Translations under genes and position numbers: made by a program
In this document: positions 60,851-64,000 of the stretch, piece by piece
How the letters are laid out: each line of letters begins with the position of its first letter
How positions within the stretch are numbered: position 1 is the stretch's first letter
Notes under the pieces: model-generated
What the model was told of the DNA's origin: nothing
Database searches by the model: none
The model's input: the letters and a program-made list of their open reading frames with translations, nothing else
NCBI GenBank assembly: GCA_051530055.1
Contig: JBMGUZ010000006.1
Span: 35,635-99,634 of the forward strand
DNA: 64,000 nucleotides
Direction: 5' to 3'
From: Neoechinorhynchus agilis
Lineage: Eukaryota > Animalia > Acanthocephala

Positions 60851-61599
60851 CTAAGCGCGGGTAGCTACCCGGAGAGTGCGGCAAACTTTCTGCGAAATGT
60901 TAAAACTGTTTTTGAACAAAATTCAGTACGGGCTCGAAGACAATGTTCAAGGCAAGTCGTCAATGTTGAGCGTAACTTAAGATATATAGACATCACGGAT
61001 GAACAAAATCCTTCTCTTTTTCGTCCAGCACCAATCTTCTAAAATATCAATTTATGTCAGGAAGTACGAAATAAATGAAAATGTTACCGATGCGGTTTAC
61101 CCACAACGAAAAGGCTCAGGGCAGTTTACCTCAAATCTGCATGGACGACTTAACATGTGCATTTGAACTGAATTGAATCAAGATTAATAGCGAAAAAGTA
61201 GACAAAGGAATCCGCTACTTTACCTCTTTGAAACGAATTTGAACAATGTAATACAAAGCGAAATTGTTGAAAATTATCGTATTTGGATGCAGTGATAGAT
61301 TGGAAGGCTCAAAAACGCTCAGTGAACGGCGTAACCAGAATCCTCATTAAAACTTTGATCAATCGTGTAACGAATGTTGACTGTTCAATTGCCGAAATTC
61401 GCTCGGTGAATCAAGAAATAGAGCGGTTGGCAAAAGCCAGTGACCTTATTTTGCGACTTCGCGCCGCTTACGATTCTAGACCAGCTACGAGTGAGAATTA
61501 ATCCGACCAGAGGACAACGATATCTCCCCCAGTTTCATTAGTGGTTTGTTGTTTAAATTCGACCCGTTCAAAATGTTATACACGATGTTTCATGCAGTC

Positions 61600-61950
61600 T
61601 CCGGGTCAGGAGTTGGTCACATGTCTGACGATGTGCATAGCGAAAGCGAATAGCCGGTACAAAAAAATCACGGAATCGGTGACGGCCGGCTCGGATACAT
61701 TGGAATGAGCGAATGTCAACATATCCTCATGGCGATGAGTATGTTCATTCGATGAATTGAAAACGAAGCGCTGAAGCCAAAAATCACGTAGGTTGTAGTA
61801 AAAAAGCGAATAAAATTCCGATTCTTCACATTGGGCAGTCCAAACAAACCTATGGCCAATTCCGATGGCGGTCCTGTTGTTAGCAGAATTTAATGACGGT
61901 GGCGCAATGGAGAGATTTCTATCATGTGGCACAACGAGTTACTCAAAAAA
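61600..61950 (+). pseudogene. Possible decayed gypsy integrase fragment
   Basis: FFTLGSPNKPMANSDGGPV resembles F..FG.P..I.SD.GP.F; many stops. Confidence 0.35.
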
Positions 61951-61954
61951 AAGT

Positions 61955-62683
61955 GCCGATGACCTCACAGTCATTACCATCGCATCTCCCTCTCTCTCCC
62001 TCTCCACAACCATGGACGAGCTCAACCATCTCATTTCCTCGCTCTCCACCCTAAAACTCTCCCTAAATTTATCCAAATCTTTTGAGCTTGTCCCCCACAT
62101 TTCCAAACGCAACGTTATCCCCGCGCCTCTCCCTCTCCCCATCCAACGCTCCTCTTCTCTCCGAATACTGGGCCTGATTTTACAAGAAAACCTTAAATGG
62201 GATACCCACATTTCATTTACACTCTCTAAAACAAACCCTCGTCTTTACCTCCTCAAACTCCTCCGGCGTCTCGGCGTATCGCCTAAACACCTTTCCCACT
62301 TCTATCTTTTTGCCATCCTTCCTATCCTTACATACGCCTTCCCCACTTTCCTCGCCCTTTCCGCCAATGCTTTCCATTCCCTCGAGACCTTCTACAAGAG
62401 AGCAGCGAGAATATGCGGGACTTCACTCCCTCCCCTCGACGCCTACCTCCACTACATTTTCTCCAAAAACGCCCTCCGTCTTCTTCAACCTCCTCCACAA
62501 TTTTCTTCCCTCATCTCTAAAGACCCTTCCCTCGTATCTAACCTTTTTCATCCCCCCCTCGCTCGTACCACCCTCTACCAAAAATCTTGCCTCCCCCAAG
62601 TCCAATCTTTCCTTAATAACCGTAGAACAAGGAAGGACTCCCAATCGGTCATCTTCTATACAAAGCCTCCGATTGCACATTAA
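61955..62683 (+). pseudogene. 5'-truncated L2/Rex-like LINE RT C-terminal fragment
   Basis: ADDLTV...LSLNLSKS...LRILGLILQENLKWDTHI..KTNPRLYLLKLLRRLGV..LSHFY..ILPILTY. Sense strand is strongly C/T-rich. Confidence 0.75.
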
Positions 62684-63339
62684 AACTCCTTCAAAGACAA
62701 GTCCCACCTCCCTTGCCTCAACATCCGACATCCAGACACCTTCAGCAAAGATAGATGCTGGCAAGTGTATGGATCGTGCTTTTCTTAAATTAATAAAACG
62801 TGTTTATATAAGTAGCTTTTCTGATTTTATCAATTCGATTTGTGTTGCGTAATAAAAGGAAATCGGATCGCCGCGGAATCGAAAGTAAAGGGATATTCTC
62901 GCTGGATAATATACTGTGGAATCAAAAGATTCAATTACCGACCATACAACACAAATTTGCCTACAGACTACGATGAAACTAATCCAATTATCCACTCGAT
63001 TATGAAGTGAAGACTGGAGTTCGGTTTAACAACAATAAAGAAATAATTCTTGGAAACACTCTCAAGGAGAAGAGAAACATTGATCCGACTAACGGGATAT
63101 ACAGAATAAAGACTTTTTACCGGATAAAACGATGTAGGGCACCAGGAAGGGAATCACCCAAAGATAAGCAGGTCTGCAACCGATTTTAGTACTCTTCCGC
63201 AACATCCAATCACAAAAATACTCGGTAAAACCCCGTAGATTTTCATGGCACGGATTTTATGGAAAGGGAACGGATCCCTAAAAGGCGCCTTGTACCGTCC
63301 AACTCGATGGAAGGAAACAAGACTTGGGCTAAAAACTAT

Positions 63340-63800
63340 CGAATAGCGACTCGTTAAAATTCAACGAAAAACGCAAAAGAAGGTGTACCGGAGCGTTTTT
63401 CTTTGAGCTGAAACTCGTCTGACAGTCACGTTATTGAAGCGTGCAAGTTGTTGTGCAATGAGAGTTGTTCGGTGTTTGGATTTGTAAGATTCATTCGGCA
63501 GGGGAGGGTTATTCCAACTGGAAAAACCAAGTCCTGCAAAAATTTCTTTATTCACCGACCGTAGAACTGGATTTCTCGCCGGATGAAGCTTTCCGGCCAT
63601 GTAGGCTGGGACACTGCAACTTTTAACCCAACTTTTCTATAACCTCTCCTGGATTGGGGGAACATATCGATCCACCTGAATAGGATTCTGGATCCACAGA
63701 GTAACGACCATCGAATCCCTCGCCGCCACTGCGTAGAAGGTGGTTACTGAGAGCATGTAGGTTATCAGCCCTGAACCCGTCCCCTCCTCAGCATCGCCAT
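63340..63800 (-). mobile_element. RTE-like LINE 5' region (5' UTR and APE N-terminus)
   Basis: FSSWN...KHRTTLIAQQLARFN...YTFF resembles RTE ERRTALVA.ELARYNID...YTFFWSG. Confidence 0.6.
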
Positions 63801-64000
63801 TAAACTTTGAAGCGTCCCCAGCTGCTAAATCAGAGTTGGTCTGCGTCGATGGATTTACGGGAAGGTGAATTCGAAAAGATCCATTTCTGATTGCATCCCA
63901 TTTAGTCTCAAGGAAAGGAAATGGTTTGATTTCAACTGGATGCTTCTAGCCGGTAACCCATATGAGGGTCGGTTTCGGGAAGATTTGTATACCCGTCAGC

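Noticed and set aside
61625-61655. CTGACGA-T-G...C-GAAA motif
   Set aside because: Stem II does not pair and there is no palindromic stem III or UH triplet.
59939-62852. Antisense and alternative-frame ORFs overlapping TE ORFs (for example 60039..60320, 62310..62852, 62423..62764, 44414..45100)
   Set aside because: Shadow ORFs of retroelement coding strands or of biased composition.

Overview
Eukaryotic, AT-rich, repeat-saturated DNA. I see no recognisable housekeeping gene, rRNA, tRNA or CRISPR array. The window is a patchwork of decayed retroelements: several Penelope-like elements (PLEs), a Mag-type Ty3/gypsy element in two inverted copies, two CRE-like families, an R2/NeSL-like RLE element nested inside a CRE copy, RTE-like and L2-like LINE fragments, a divergent APE-RT LINE, and a hAT transposase remnant. 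These pieces have been re-duplicated into nested direct and inverted segmental repeats. The largest is a ~20 kb near-palindrome centred at ~38.75 kb. Best signals: (1) four sequence-unrelated families of minimal type I hammerhead ribozymes sharing one architecture (CUGA[A/U]GA-N-stem II-GAAA, a 4-nt palindromic stem III, then the cleavage nucleotide); (2) an RT-deleted PLE bracketed by two such ribozymes, predicting a 1,526-nt self-cleaved monomer; (3) a 70-bp fold-back hairpin that would sequester one ribozyme; (4) a 13-copy 147/151-bp satellite built from an RT coding motif; (5) a triplicated cassette carrying an orphan 281-aa acidic protein with three PPGF motifs. Caveat: abrupt switches between near-identity and deletion-rich noise in the palindrome arms suggest that part of the large-scale structure may be a long-read or amplification artefact. 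All family assignments come from motif recognition by eye, not from database searches.
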